A stretch of 43,053 nt of DNA, from positions 1 through 43,053 of the forward strand of contig KZ538873.1 of the NCBI GenBank assembly GCA_000934665.2, written 5' to 3'. Both the position numbers and the translations under genes were made by a program. Positions 19,272-31,939 of the stretch are shown piece after piece. The notes beneath the pieces were generated by a model. That model saw only the letters and a list, made by a program, of their open reading frames with translations, was not told the DNA's origin and did not search any database. Within the stretch, counting starts at the first letter, position 1. Every line of letters starts with the position of its first letter. This stretch comes from Catajapyx aquilonaris (taxonomy: Eukaryota).

Positions 19272-21270
19272 TTACATACTACTGAAAATATCTCTAGCCC
19301 TGGCCTCGTTGAGTAGAGGCAGAAGCCGACCCATGAATCTCGGACTGGAAAAGAACTTCTGGAACTGCTCATTCTCTTTAAAATTTTCAAGCTCTTCGAC
19401 AGTTAGCTTTTCCAGGTCCGGTATATTTTCAGCGTCCTGCGTGATCATGGGCAATATCAGACATCCGAATATGAACCCTAAAAGAAAATGATCGTTATAC
19501 TCCTTCTTCAGCCCTTCGAGGCTGAACTTGGACGAGTCCACTCCGACTTCATTCAGGTAACCCACAAACGTATCGTGATAAACCTGAAACAGCTGATCCT
19601 GGTGACTCTTCCTGGTGGCTTCGGTGGTGCTGGTACAGAAGAAGTACGCAAGGTCCAATCCCCTAGATCCAGCTCTCGCTATCTGGAAGTCAACCAGCTT
19701 GGTCTCCTGAACCGTCCCGTCTGAACCATACTTGAACATCATGTTGTTAACCCAGCAGTCTCCGTGACATATGACAGCGTATCCGTCGTCAATCTTTTCA
19801 TTCTGTCGACGGCAGGCTTCCAACACACCGTTGGACAAGTCCAGTACCTTCTGCATGCCGTCAGCGACGTCGCCGTATTTCTTCATGGCCCTCACCTTCT
19901 CCACGGTCGAGGAGAAGTTTGAGTCCATCAACTTGGCAGTGTCCTTGTTGGCAGGGTCTGTGAACATATCCTTCAGGAGAGGGAACTTTTGGAGCAGAAG
20001 GTCCATGCTTCCATTGGCAAACGCGTACGATTGGGCGTGAAGTAAGGCCAACTGCTGCAGGACTAGTTTGCTATGGGGGTAGTCCAGACCTTCTATTCGG
20101 TCTGCCATCTTGAACCCGTCTTTCTTCAGGTTGTGCATCAGCATGTAGTCGGTTTTACCATCGCAATGGCCGTAGTAGACTCGGGGATATGCGGTGAAGC
20201 CTTTAGTTTTGAAGCCCCTTGATTTCTCAAAGTCGGCCAATCCTGGGAAGACGTCTTGGTAGACGCTGATCTCCTTCTTGAAGGCGCCCAGGTCAGCCAG
20301 CATTTCTTGTCGGAAGGGGTTGTTCGGGATGACCTTTGCCATGATGGAGTAGTTTGTGGGAACACCTGATTTCCGGGCTTCGATCTCGACGGCGTACATT
20401 ATGGCCAGGTAGTTGTCGCCGACGTTGGAACCAGGGGTCACGTCCACAGTTATTACCTGGAAAAGTACATTTTTGTATATTATTCAAAATAGGAACCAAT
20501 AAGATACCAGTGGACATTTCCTCATTATTTCCGTAAGAATATGATTTTTTGTCACACATTAACGCCTGCACTACTAATTGCCGAGATACAGTATACCGTA
20601 TGTTTCAAGGTACGTTTACGTCACACGCTTCAAGCGCATATGAGCAACAAGGACACGGTATACAGTTAAAAAAATTACAAACGTATAGAACAGGCCCTTC
20701 CCTTGTTTTATTAGGCCCGACCTTGACCTCAGTGGCTCTGGTGAATATTTCCTCGTGTAGAAAATATTCCGTAACATGTGCAAGGCTGCTCGTAAATAGG
20801 CCTTTCCACTCTCGATGGAGCATGGCAATACGCCAGATACCTACGCTACATGAAACAGTAAACATCCAAGTTACGTGCATTACCCCGCAAAAACTCTTGT
20901 TGTTCACATACGTCTAACCAGTCCGAATAATACTCATGTAGGCCTACGCAACGACTTGCTACGTTATGCAACAGTTTGTACGTCCTTGAGTAAGAGAAAA
21001 AAAAATGCTGTGTAATACAAGTTACACGATTGGAAATTATTGCGGACCTGAGGCGCAGTAACTTTTAAAATTTAAGCTTAATTCAAAAGCCTAGTTCCAG
21101 AACCGGTTCTTGCTCAGTATTTTCACGCATAGGAGACTATATTATTTTGAAATGCTTACCTCCAAATCGTTGCATTTTTCTGACTCTCTCAGCACCTTTT
21201 GCAGCGAATCTTTCTCCAAACAGGCAGGAATAGCCACTTCTTCTGCTCCGTTTTGCTGCGGTTCTGCCAT
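19272..21270 (-). CDS. Ecdysteroid kinase-like (EcKL/EcKinase, CHK-like) copy 1, 2 exons, 431 aa
   Basis: Exons 21270-21160 (MAEPQQNGAEEVAIPACLEKDSLQKVLRESEKCNDLE) and 20456-19272. Motifs GDNY, FKKEISVY, LALLHAQS, CHGDCWVNNMMF, LVDFQ, DLAYFF. Confidence 0.93.
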
Positions 21271-22062
21271 GGTTGACCTACCCACTGTGTGAAAAGGACC
21301 TTCCTAAGTCGTGTGTTCAGCTAGAATGAGATGGCATGGGACTGAGCCCTTCAGAAAGGATTATCTGCTAGTTTCCTCTTATATATTAGAAAGGGCCCAA
21401 GTGAAGTAACACGTAGTCAATTTTTCATTACACTTATCCTGTGTGTCCATAGTTTATGAAATAAGAACTATCAGGGTCATACGTGACTGATTGTGAGATA
21501 CGAGAGTTTGAAACGTGCGATTTCATTAATTATTTATTTTTTGTAAATAATTGTATGGGTGCTGTGTGTGCCAGTGTGCTATACCGGTATGTCATTGGTG
21601 GAAGAATAATATTTAGACTATTTAGTGTCAATACTGGCAATGAAGGAACTTACATCAACTGAGGCACAGTACGTCATCTGATAGTGTTTTGTTGCGATTT
21701 AATTCCAGCATCAACATGCTTTAATTCAAGCTTTAGTTATTGCCCTTGAACATAAAGAATTTGAGGGGCTCAGATCAAAAACAGCCAAGTCCACTTTTGG
21801 GTGGGTGTAACGCAAATTCGTGTTGGAATAATGTATTTTAATGCCACTTGGTATTCATTCCACATTTACGTATACTGTACGTATAATAATGTAGCTGCAC
21901 TGCGGCAACATGTGGATGCAAAAAGATTCAAGATTGTTCTGTACACCAGTGAAAGTTACGTAATCTTAATTTTTTTCTCATTTTACGACCTGTTTTTGTT
22001 GTTATCAGAGCCCTCAATTATGAATGGCCCCATATATGGTATATGAACGTTACGTACACTTT

Positions 22063-24201
22063 CTACTGAAACCGACTGAAACTATCTCTAGCCCTGGCCT
22101 CTTCAAGTAGCGGCAGAAGCCGATCCATGAATCTCGGATTGCAAAAGAATTTCTGGAACTCATGCTTGTCTCTAAAACTCTCCATGCCTTCTTCAGTTAA
22201 TGTTTCCATGTCTGGTATATTTTCAGTGTCCTGCGTGATCATGGGCAGGTCCAGACATCCGGATATGAAACCGAAGAGAAAGTGATCGTTGTACTCCTTC
22301 TTCAGCCCATCGAGGGTGAACTTGGAGGAGTCCACTCCAGCGTCGTTCAGGTATCCCACAAACGTGTCGTGATAATCCTGAAACATCTGATCCTGGTGAC
22401 TCTTCCTGGTGGCTTCGGTGGTGCTGGTACAGAAGAAGTACGCAAGGTCCAGTGCTTTTGATCCAACTCTCGCTAACTGGAAGTCAACCAGCTTGGTCTC
22501 CTGAACCGTCCCGTCCGGACCATACTTGAACAGCATGTTATTCACCCAGCAGTCTCCGTGACATATGACAGCGTATCCGTCGTCAACCTTTTCGATCTGT
22601 TGATGGCATGCTTCCAACACACCGTAGGACAAGTCCAGTATCTTCTGCATGCTGTTAGCAATGTCGTCGTATTTCTTCGTGGCCCTCACCTTTTCGATGG
22701 TCGAGGCGAAGTTTGGGTCCATGAACTTGGCAGCGTCTTCGTTGGCAGGGTCTGTGTACATTTCCTTCAGGAGAGGAAACTTTTGGAGCAGAAGGTCCTT
22801 GCTTCCTTTGGCAAGCGCGTGCGACTGGGCGTGAAGTAAGGCCAACTGTTGTAAGGCAAGTTTGCAATGCGGGTAGCCCAGACCTTCAATTCGGTCTGCC
22901 ATCTTGAACCCATCTTGCTTCAGGTTGTGCATCAAAATGTAGTCTGTTTTACCATCGCAATGGCCGTAGTAGACTCGGGGATATGCGGCGAATCCTTTGC
23001 ATTTGAAGCTTCTTGATTTCTCAAAGTCAGCCAATGCTGGGAAGACGTCTTGGTAGACGCTGATCTCCTTCTTGAAGGCGGCCACGTTGGCTAACATTTC
23101 TTGGCGAAATGGGTTGTTCGGGAGGACCTTTGCCATGATGGAGTAGGATGTGGGGACACCTGATTTCCGGGCTTCGATCTCGACGGCGTACATTATGGCC
23201 AGGTAGTTGTCGCCGATGTTGCAGCCAGGGGTCACGTCCACAGTTATTATCTGGAAAAGTACATTTTTGTATATTCAAACTAGGCACCAATATGATGCCA
23301 TATGACATTTCCTCATTATTTCCGCAATAACATGATTATTTGTCACACATTGACGCCTGCACTAGTCTTTACTTTTATTCACACAATCTTTAGCGGAAAT
23401 TCGTCACCAGGTTGTGGTATGTGTAGGCCATGGGGGTGTAAAGCTGTCGTCTTACTGCTGCTGTGCGAATAAAAGCCGGAGGATACAGTGTATGCTCAGA
23501 CGGATGTGGGAACAGGTAAATAAACAATTTAGGTTACATTACGATGGCATTATCAGCCACATCTGCGATAAAGGCAATCATTATAAAATTATATTCTTTG
23601 ATTGTGACATACATTCTGCAATATTACAACCAGTTTAATTTATGAATAAATTGGTGTTTATGATATAGAGTACGTGTTCGCTATTCACTTTAAATTCTTC
23701 TGATTGCATTGTATGCCTTGCTACAGTATATTGTACTGTACATTTCAAGGTATGTTTAGGTCACAGGTTTCAAGCGCACATTAGCAACATGCGTGCGGTA
23801 TAATAGTGGTAAACAACACAGTTACGCGCGTTACCCCCGCCAAAACTCTTGTTGTTTACGTACGTCTGACAGCCCGAATGACTCATGTAGGCATACGTAA
23901 CGACACTACGTTTCACAACATTTTGTACGTCCTTGAGTAAGAGAGAAAAAATTCTGTAATACAAGCTACACGATGGGAAATTATTGCGGAACTGAGGCTC
24001 AGTAACTTTTCTCATTTAAGCTTAATTCAAAAGCCTAGTTCCATAACCTGTTCTTGCTCAGTATTTTCACAGCAACCACAAATTCTTACCTCCAAATCGT
24101 TGCATTTTTCTAACTCTCTCAGCACATTTTGCAGCGACTTCTTTCTCTAAACAGGCAGGAATGGCCACTTCCTCTGCCACGTTTTTCTGCGGTTCTGCCA
24201 T
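22063..24201 (-). pseudogene. EcKL copy 2 with a +1 frameshift in exon 1 (possible young pseudogene or base-call error)
   Basis: Exon 1 (24201-24090) is 112 nt versus 111 nt in the four sister copies, with an extra T at ~24139-24140 (GCGACTTCTTT versus GCGACTCTTT). Exon 2 (23250-22063) is fully open with catalytic motifs intact. Confidence 0.65.
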
Positions 24202-25180
24202 GGTTGACTTACCAACTCTGCCAAAAGGGCCTTCCTAAGTCATGTGTTCCTCTTGAATGATATCACCTGGGACAGAGCCCTTCAGCAAGGATTATCTACT
24301 GTTCTACCAGTATTGTATCCTCTTCATATACTGTGCTAGAAAGGACCCCAATGCAGTAACACGTAGTCAATTTTTCATCACTCTCATCCTGTGCCTCCAT
24401 ATTATTTTAAAATTATTTTTTTTTTGTAAATAATTGTATCATTCAATCTCCAACCAATGAAATACGGTATCAATTTCTAGAAAAAATATGATTGATCCTT
24501 CTGAAAATATTTTTCTTCTAAGTGTGCGATTACTCTATATTAAAACGAAGCCTTAAAAATAGGTGTCCATAGTTGCAGCTACAGTGAAAAACATGCAGAA
24601 CAGTACTATTATTTGTAGCCTTAGAATTCAAATATATGTGTAGGCCTAAATATTCGTGCTCATGAATATTATTTAATTAAAACAGCGAAATCTGCATATA
24701 CTTTGTCTTTGGTGGAAGAATAATATTTATTTAGTGTCAATACTGGCAATGAAGGAACTGAGGTCAACATACTGAGGTGTGTAATCTGATAGTGTTTGTT
24801 GCGATTTAATTCCCCCATCAATCTGCTTTAATTATTGCCCTTGAGCATATTTGAGGGGTCTGAGTTCTGAGATCAAAAACAGTCAAGTCCACTTTTGGGG
24901 GGTGTAACGCAAATTTGTGTTGGAATTACGTATTTTAATGCCAATGGATATTAATGGCACATTTGCGTACATGTAGCCTAGCTGAACTTCGGAAACATAT
25001 GGAAGCAAAACGTTTCAAGATTGTACGGTACACCAGTGAAATTTAAGTAATCTTCAGTTTTTGCTCATTTAACGACCTGTTTTTCCTTGTGCACTTAGTA
25101 GTTTTTGATATCAGACTCATCATTTATGAATGTGGCCCCATCTATGGTATTTGAACGTTACATAATATTATACAATATTA

Positions 25181-27059
25181 CTACCGATGAAACCGACTGA
25201 AACTATCTCTAGCCCTGGCCTCTTCAAGTAGCGGCAGAAGCCGACCCACGAATCTCGGATTGCCAAAGAACTTCTCGAACTCATCCTTGTCTCTAAAACT
25301 CTCCATGTCTTCTTCAGTTAACGTTTCCATGTCCTGTATATTTTCAGCGTCCTGCGTGATCAAGGGCAGGATCATACATGCGGATATGAATCCGAAGAGA
25401 AAGTGATCGTCATACTCCTTCTTCAGCCCTTCGAGGGTGAACTTGGAGGCGTCCACTCCGGCGTCGTTCAGGTAACCCACAAACGTGTCGTGATAAACCT
25501 GAAACAGCTGATCCTGGTGACTCTTCCTGATGGCTCCGGTGGTGCTGGTGCAGAAGAAGTACGCAAGGTCCAGTGCTCTTGATGCAGCTCGCATTAACTG
25601 GAAGTCAACCAGCTTGGTCTCCTGAACCGTCCCGTCCGGACCATACCTGAACAGCATGTTGTTAACCCAGCAGTCTCCGTGACATATGACAGCGTATCCG
25701 TCGTCAACCTTTTCAATATGTCGATTGCAGGCTTCCAACACACCATAGGACAAATCTAGTACCTTCTGCATGCCGTCAGCGACGTCGTCGTATTTCTGCA
25801 TGGCCCTCACCTTTTCGATGGTCGCGGCGAAGCCTGGGTCCATGAACTTGGCCGAGTCTTTGTTGGCAGGGGCTGTGAACATTTCCTTCAGGAGAGGAAA
25901 CTTTTGAAGAATAAGGTCCTTGCTTCCTTTGGCAAACGCGTACGACTGGGCGTGAAGTAAGGCCAACTGTTCTAGGACCAGTTGGCAATGAGGGTAGTCC
26001 AGACCTTCAATTCGGTCTGCCATCTTGAACCCGTCTTTCTTCAGGTTGTGCATCAAAATGTAGTCGGTTTTACCATCGTAATGGGTGTAGTAGACTCGGG
26101 GATATGCGGTGAATCCTTTGCATTTGAAGCCTCTAGATTTTTCAAAGTCAGCTAATCTTGGGAAGACATCTTGGTAGGCGCTGATCTCCTTCTTGAAGGC
26201 GCCCAGGTCTGCCAGCATTTGTTGTCGGAAGGGGTTGTTCGGGATGACCTTTGCCATGATGGAGTAGGATGTGGGGACACCTGATTTCCGGGCTTCGATC
26301 TCGATGGCGTACATTATGGCCAGGTAGTTGTCGCCGATGTTGGAGCCAGGGGTCACGTCCACAGTTATTACCTGGAAAAGTACATTTTTGTAAATTCAGA
26401 ATCGGAGTATATTTTTTCTGTCACATATTCACGCTTACATTAGTCCATATGAGCGAAAATTTGTCATCAAGTTGTGGTATGTGAAGCCCGTGGGTGGGGG
26501 GTTAAAGGCTGTCCTATTATTTTCTGCACATGTAAAAAATTACGTAACATGTGCTCGTAAATAGGGCATTTCCACTCGTTGGAGCATGACAATACAACAA
26601 ATACCTACTGACCTACATCACTACATGAACAGTGTAAACATCCGAGTTACGTGCATTACCCCGCCAAAATCCTTATTGTTTACGTACTGTACGTAAAACC
26701 AGCTAGAATTAGGATTATCATGTACCGGTATAGGACAACGTAACGACGCTCGAAGCTACGTTACATTACGCTACATTTTGCCCGTCCTTGAGTAAGGATA
26801 AAATGCTGTAATTACGCTCTATGCGGTTCTATTTCCACGGAGAATTTTTTTCAGACCTCAGACTAATCAGTGACATAACATAAGCCAAGTTCCAGAACCG
26901 ATTCTTGCCCAGTTTTTTTTCCTAGCAAATCATTTTCGAAATACTTACCTCCAAATCGTTGCATTTTTCCGACTCTCTCAGCACCTTTTGCAGCGAATCT
27001 TTCTCCAAACATGCAGGAATGGCCCCTTCCTCTGCCTCGTTTTGCTGTGGTTCTGCCAT
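25181..27059 (-). CDS. EcKL copy 3, 2 exons, 433 aa
   Basis: Exons 27059-26949 and 26371-25181. CHGDCWVNNMLF and LVDFQ. Confidence 0.93.
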
Positions 27060-27993
27060 GGCTGACGTACCCACTGTGCCAAAATTACCTTCTAAGTCGT
27101 GTATTCAGCTTGAATGAGGTCATGCATGGGACGGAGCCCTTCAGCAAGAATTATCTGATAGTTTCCTCTTCGCACATAAAGGGCGTCAGTGCAGCAACAC
27201 GTTGTCACTTTTTCATCACTCTTATCCTGTGGCCTCCATAGTTTATGAGATAAGAATTATCAGGTCCCACACGTGACTGATTGTGAGACAAGAGCATTTG
27301 AAAAAGTGAGATTTCATACATTAATCTGATATTCTTTTAATGTTCATTATATTACTCTTATTTTACCTGCTGAAAACTTGTTTACAATTGAGGTTAAGGT
27401 GAACGTCTGAAAATTTGCATGGACATATTTTGATCAACAATATTGTAATGGCTATTTTCGTCTGTTAGAAAATAATAATAGACAAAATACGTTTAAGAAT
27501 CCCGCCACATACATAATAATTGATTTATGATGGATGTAATTATTGAAATATATTGTACAGACGTCTGTACTCCAATTTTTAAAGACAGACATGAGCCATG
27601 CATCATTATTGCCATAATAAACAAGTCACCAAAATAATAACAATTATGATGATATGGCAGCCCTGAAAAATTGGTGAGCGTATAGAGTCAGCTACAGTGA
27701 AAAACTTGTAGGACAGTGATATTATTTGTAATGCAAATAGTAGAGTAATAATTATTCGTGCTCCTGAATTTTATAAGTTATTAATACTGCCGGACCTACT
27801 TTGTCTTTGGTGGAAGAATAATATTAGTGCCAGTACTGGCAATGAAGAAACTGAGGTCAACCGAGGTACTGTACGTCATCTGATAGTGTTTTGTTCCGAT
27901 TTAATTCGCGTATCGTCCTTCTTTTATTTTTGACCTTAAACATATAGTTATTTATGAATGGACCCGTAGCTGAATAACTATGGCACATGAACA

Positions 27994-30861
27994 TTACATA
28001 CTACTGAAAATATCTCTCGCCCTGGCCTCGTTAAGAAGTGGCAGAAGCCGACCCATGAATCTAGGATTGGAAAAGAACTTCTGGAACTCCTCATTATCTT
28101 TAAAATTTTCAATGTCTTCCACAGTTAACTTTTCCATATCCGGTATATTATCTGCTTCCTGCGTGATCATGGGAAGGATCAGACATCCGCATATGAACCC
28201 AAAGAGAAAGTGATCATTGTACTCCTTCATCAGCCCTTCGAGGGTGAACTTGGAGGCGTCCACTCCTGCGTCGTTCAGGTAACCCACAAACGTGTCGTGA
28301 TAAACCTGAAACATGTCATCCTGGTGACTCTTCCTGGTGGCTTCGGTGGTGCTGGTACAGAGGAAGTACGCAAGGTCCAGTGCTCTTGATCCAGCTCTCG
28401 CTATCTGGAAGTCAACCAGCTTGGTCTCCTGAACCGTCCCGTCCGGACCATACTTGAACAGCATGTTGTTAACCCAGCAGTCTCCGTGACATATGACAGC
28501 GTATCCGTCGTCAACCTTTTCAACCTGTCTACTGAAGGCTTCCAACACACCGTAGGACAAGTCCAGTACCTTCTGCATGCCGTCAGCGATGTCGTCGTAT
28601 TTCTTCATGGCCCTCACCTTCTCCACGGTCGAGGCTAAGTTCGGGTCCATAAACTTGGCAGCGTCTTTGTTGACAATATCTGTGAACATTTCCTTCAGTA
28701 GAGGAAACTTTTGGAGAAGAAGGTCTTTGCTTCCTTTGGCAAACGCGTAGGACTGAGCGTGAAGTAAGGCCAACTGCTGCAGGACCAGTTTGCTATGGGG
28801 GTAGTCCAGACCTTCAATTCGGTCTGCCATCTTGAACCCGTCTTGCTTCAGGTTGTGCATCAAGATGTAGTCGGTTTTTCCATCGCAATGGCCGTAGTAG
28901 ACTCGGGGATATGCGGTGAAGCCTTTAGTTTTGAAGCCTCTTGATTTCTCAAAGTCGGCCAATCCGGGGAAGACGTCTTGGTAGACGCTGATCTCCTTCT
29001 TGAAGGCGCCCAGGTTGGCCAGCATTTCTTGTCGGAAGGGGTTGTTCGGGATGACCTTTGCCATGATGGAGTAGGATGTGGGGACACCTGATTTTCGGGC
29101 TTCGATCTCGACGGCATGCATTACGGCCATGAAGTTGTCGCCGATGTTGGAGCCAGGGGTCACGTCCACAGTTATTATCTGGAAAAGTACATTTCTGTAT
29201 ATTCACAGTCATAGCCAATAAGACACATTTAACATAGTAGTAGATGGCAATAAAATCTCACAGCATGAAAATATCGCTAATCTTGATGACACTGATTTGA
29301 TACTGCATAATATGTTAGGCTCAAACCAGAAAAACGGGCATTGAGCGAAAAAGTGACGCGAAATATTCATTTCCAACTATTCCAAGCGGTCAGATCGCGA
29401 AATTCTCCCTTTCACACCATCCACTTCGCGATATACTCACTTTAAGACCGCCAGATGCGGCCAGATGCCTGAAAGCTCCTTTTTAAAATGGCCAGATTGT
29501 GGAATGGACTTTTTGCAAACTGCCATAACGCTTTCTGGGCTAAAGGAACATGTCAGGACGCAGAATTTCGTGTCGTGGCTGGAGCATAAACGCCCATAAC
29601 GCGGTTTTAGCAATTTCTCGGTCCCCACTGCGCCATGTACAGTAGGAGCTTGGAAATAAAGCACCCTGTTGTTGTTTGGCAAATTGTTGAAATCTCTGGA
29701 ATAGAGCAGCTGAAGCCTATATCGAAGATATTTAGTAGGTTGTTATAATTATCATTTGACTATAGATCGGATGGACACCTATGAGATCCATTCCACAATC
29801 TGGCCATTTTAAAAATGAGCATTTTGCCGTGTGTCCCTTTTAAAATGGTCATTCCGTGAAATAGCCTTTTTGTCGCTCAATGAGTGTTTCAAGGGTTTGA
29901 GCCTAACACATGTGCAGTACTTTTTTTAAAGGTATCGTATTATATCATATATTATGGTAGTAATATTCGTACAATAATTAGTAATGTTATATACGATTAG
30001 CCGGAGAAAATCCTCTGGCCTAATGATATTCTACTGTGATATTGCGGAAATCAGTGTGACGAAAAGATGACAACATTTCGTCATTATTTACGTCATAATA
30101 TGAAATTTTCTCTCACATATTCACGCCTACACTAGTCTTATTTTTTATTCACATTAGCCAAAATGCGTCACCAAGTTGCGGCACGTGCAGGCCGCAAGGG
30201 TTGAAGATTCCTATTATTCCTGTTGTGCGAATTAAAGCCAGAGGGCATCAGTGGGAACAGGAAAATAAGCAATTTATGTCACATTACAATGGCATTATCA
30301 GACACAATACATCTGGATTGATGACATTATTCTTTGATTGTTACATTTCTGCCATAAATATTACATCCTGTTTAATTTATGAATAAATTGGTGTCAATAG
30401 CTTACGTGTTCGTTATTCACTTTAATACTTCTGCATGAATGGTATGCCTAGATACAGTATATACTGTACGTTTCAAGATACGTTTACGTTATATGCTTCA
30501 CGCGCACATCAGCAACAAGCATATTTTTTTACAAACTTAGAACAGGCCCCATTCTTGTTTTATTAGGCTCGACCCTGACATCAATGGCTCTGGTGAATAT
30601 TTGCTCATGTAAAAAAAAAAAACAGTAGGGCCTAACATGTGCGAGGCTGCTCGTAAGTAGGCCATTTCCACACGTTGAAGTATGGCAATGCGCCAGATAC
30701 GTATAGTCTACACGAACAGTGTAAATACACGATATTTATAAAATGCTTACCTCCAAATCGTTGCATTGTTCCGACTCTCTCAGCACCTTTTGCAGCGAAT
30801 CTTTCTCCAAACTGGCAGGAATGGCCACTTCCTCTGCCCCTGTTTGCTGCTGTTCTGCCAT
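27994..30861 (-). CDS. EcKL copy 4, 2 exons, 431 aa
   Basis: Exons 30861-30751 and 29178-27994, with the intron enlarged by a TE. CHGDCWVNNMLF and LVDFQ. Confidence 0.93.
29303..29917. mobile_element. Non-autonomous TIR element with TA TSD in the EcKL copy 4 intron
   Basis: TA|CTGCATAATATGTTAGGCTCAAACC...CATTGAGCGA at the left and TCGCTCAATG...GGTTTGAGCCTAACACATGTGCAG|TA at the right (~55-bp imperfect TIR). An internal inverted pair TTTTTAAAATGGCCAGATTGTGGAATGGA lies at ~29480 and ~29790. Absent from the sister introns. Confidence 0.85.
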
Positions 30862-31939
30862 GGTTGCCCTTCCTACTCTAACAAAAGGACCTTCCTATAC
30901 CGTGAGTCCAACTTGAATGAGATCACAGTCATGTGACTGAGCCCTTCAGCAAGGATTATCTGCTCGTTTCCTATTCATAATATCCTAGAAAGGGCCCAAG
31001 TGCTGTAACACGTAGTCAATTTTTTATCACTCGTATCCTGAAAAGTCGTCTCCATAGTTGATGATAATTATAAGAACCATCAGTGTCACAGTCGACTGAT
31101 CGTGAGATAAGCACGTTTGAACTGTTTCTTTCAGAAAAATATATTGATCATTCAATCTCCAACTAATGAAATACGGTATCAATAATTTCGTGCAAAATAT
31201 GATTGATCTATATGCGAATTTTTCTTCTTTTACTCTGTATTAAAAGTAAACACGCGCATAAGGATAAAATATATTTGAAATTATTTAATGAATATATTTG
31301 CTCATTGCATTCTTTTTTATTCCCGCCGAAATCTTGTTTACAATTTGGGCTACAAGGTTCAGGTGAACTACTGGATACATTGCGATGTTTGTATGAAAAT
31401 ATAGTATAGTGGCAATGCGGTCTGTTAGAAAATACAGTAATAACAATAGACAAAAGACAAATGAAAATCCCAGATACACAATATATTTCTGATTTGTGTC
31501 ATTATTGAGATATATTGTACAAAGGTCTGTACTCTGATTTTAAGGACAGACAAACGCCATCTTTATTGCCATTAATAAACAAGTCACCAACATAATAGCG
31601 AAAATGATGATATAGGGCAGCCCTTAATAATCGTTGTTCATAGGTGCATCTTAGTAGAGCATGGTTATTATGTGAAATTCAAAAAATAGTAGCGTAATAT
31701 TCGTGCTCCTGAATTTCATAAGTCATTAACACATGCTTTATGTCTTTGGTGGAGGAATAATATTAGTGTCAATACTGGCAATTAACGAAGAAACTGAGGT
31801 CAACATATTGAGGTTTAATCTGATAGTGTTTTGTTGCGATTTAATTCCCTAATCAACCTACTTTAATTTTTGCCCTGGAACATGGAGTATTGCTTTTATG
31901 AACGGCCCCATCTTTGGAACATGAACGTTACATAGTCTA

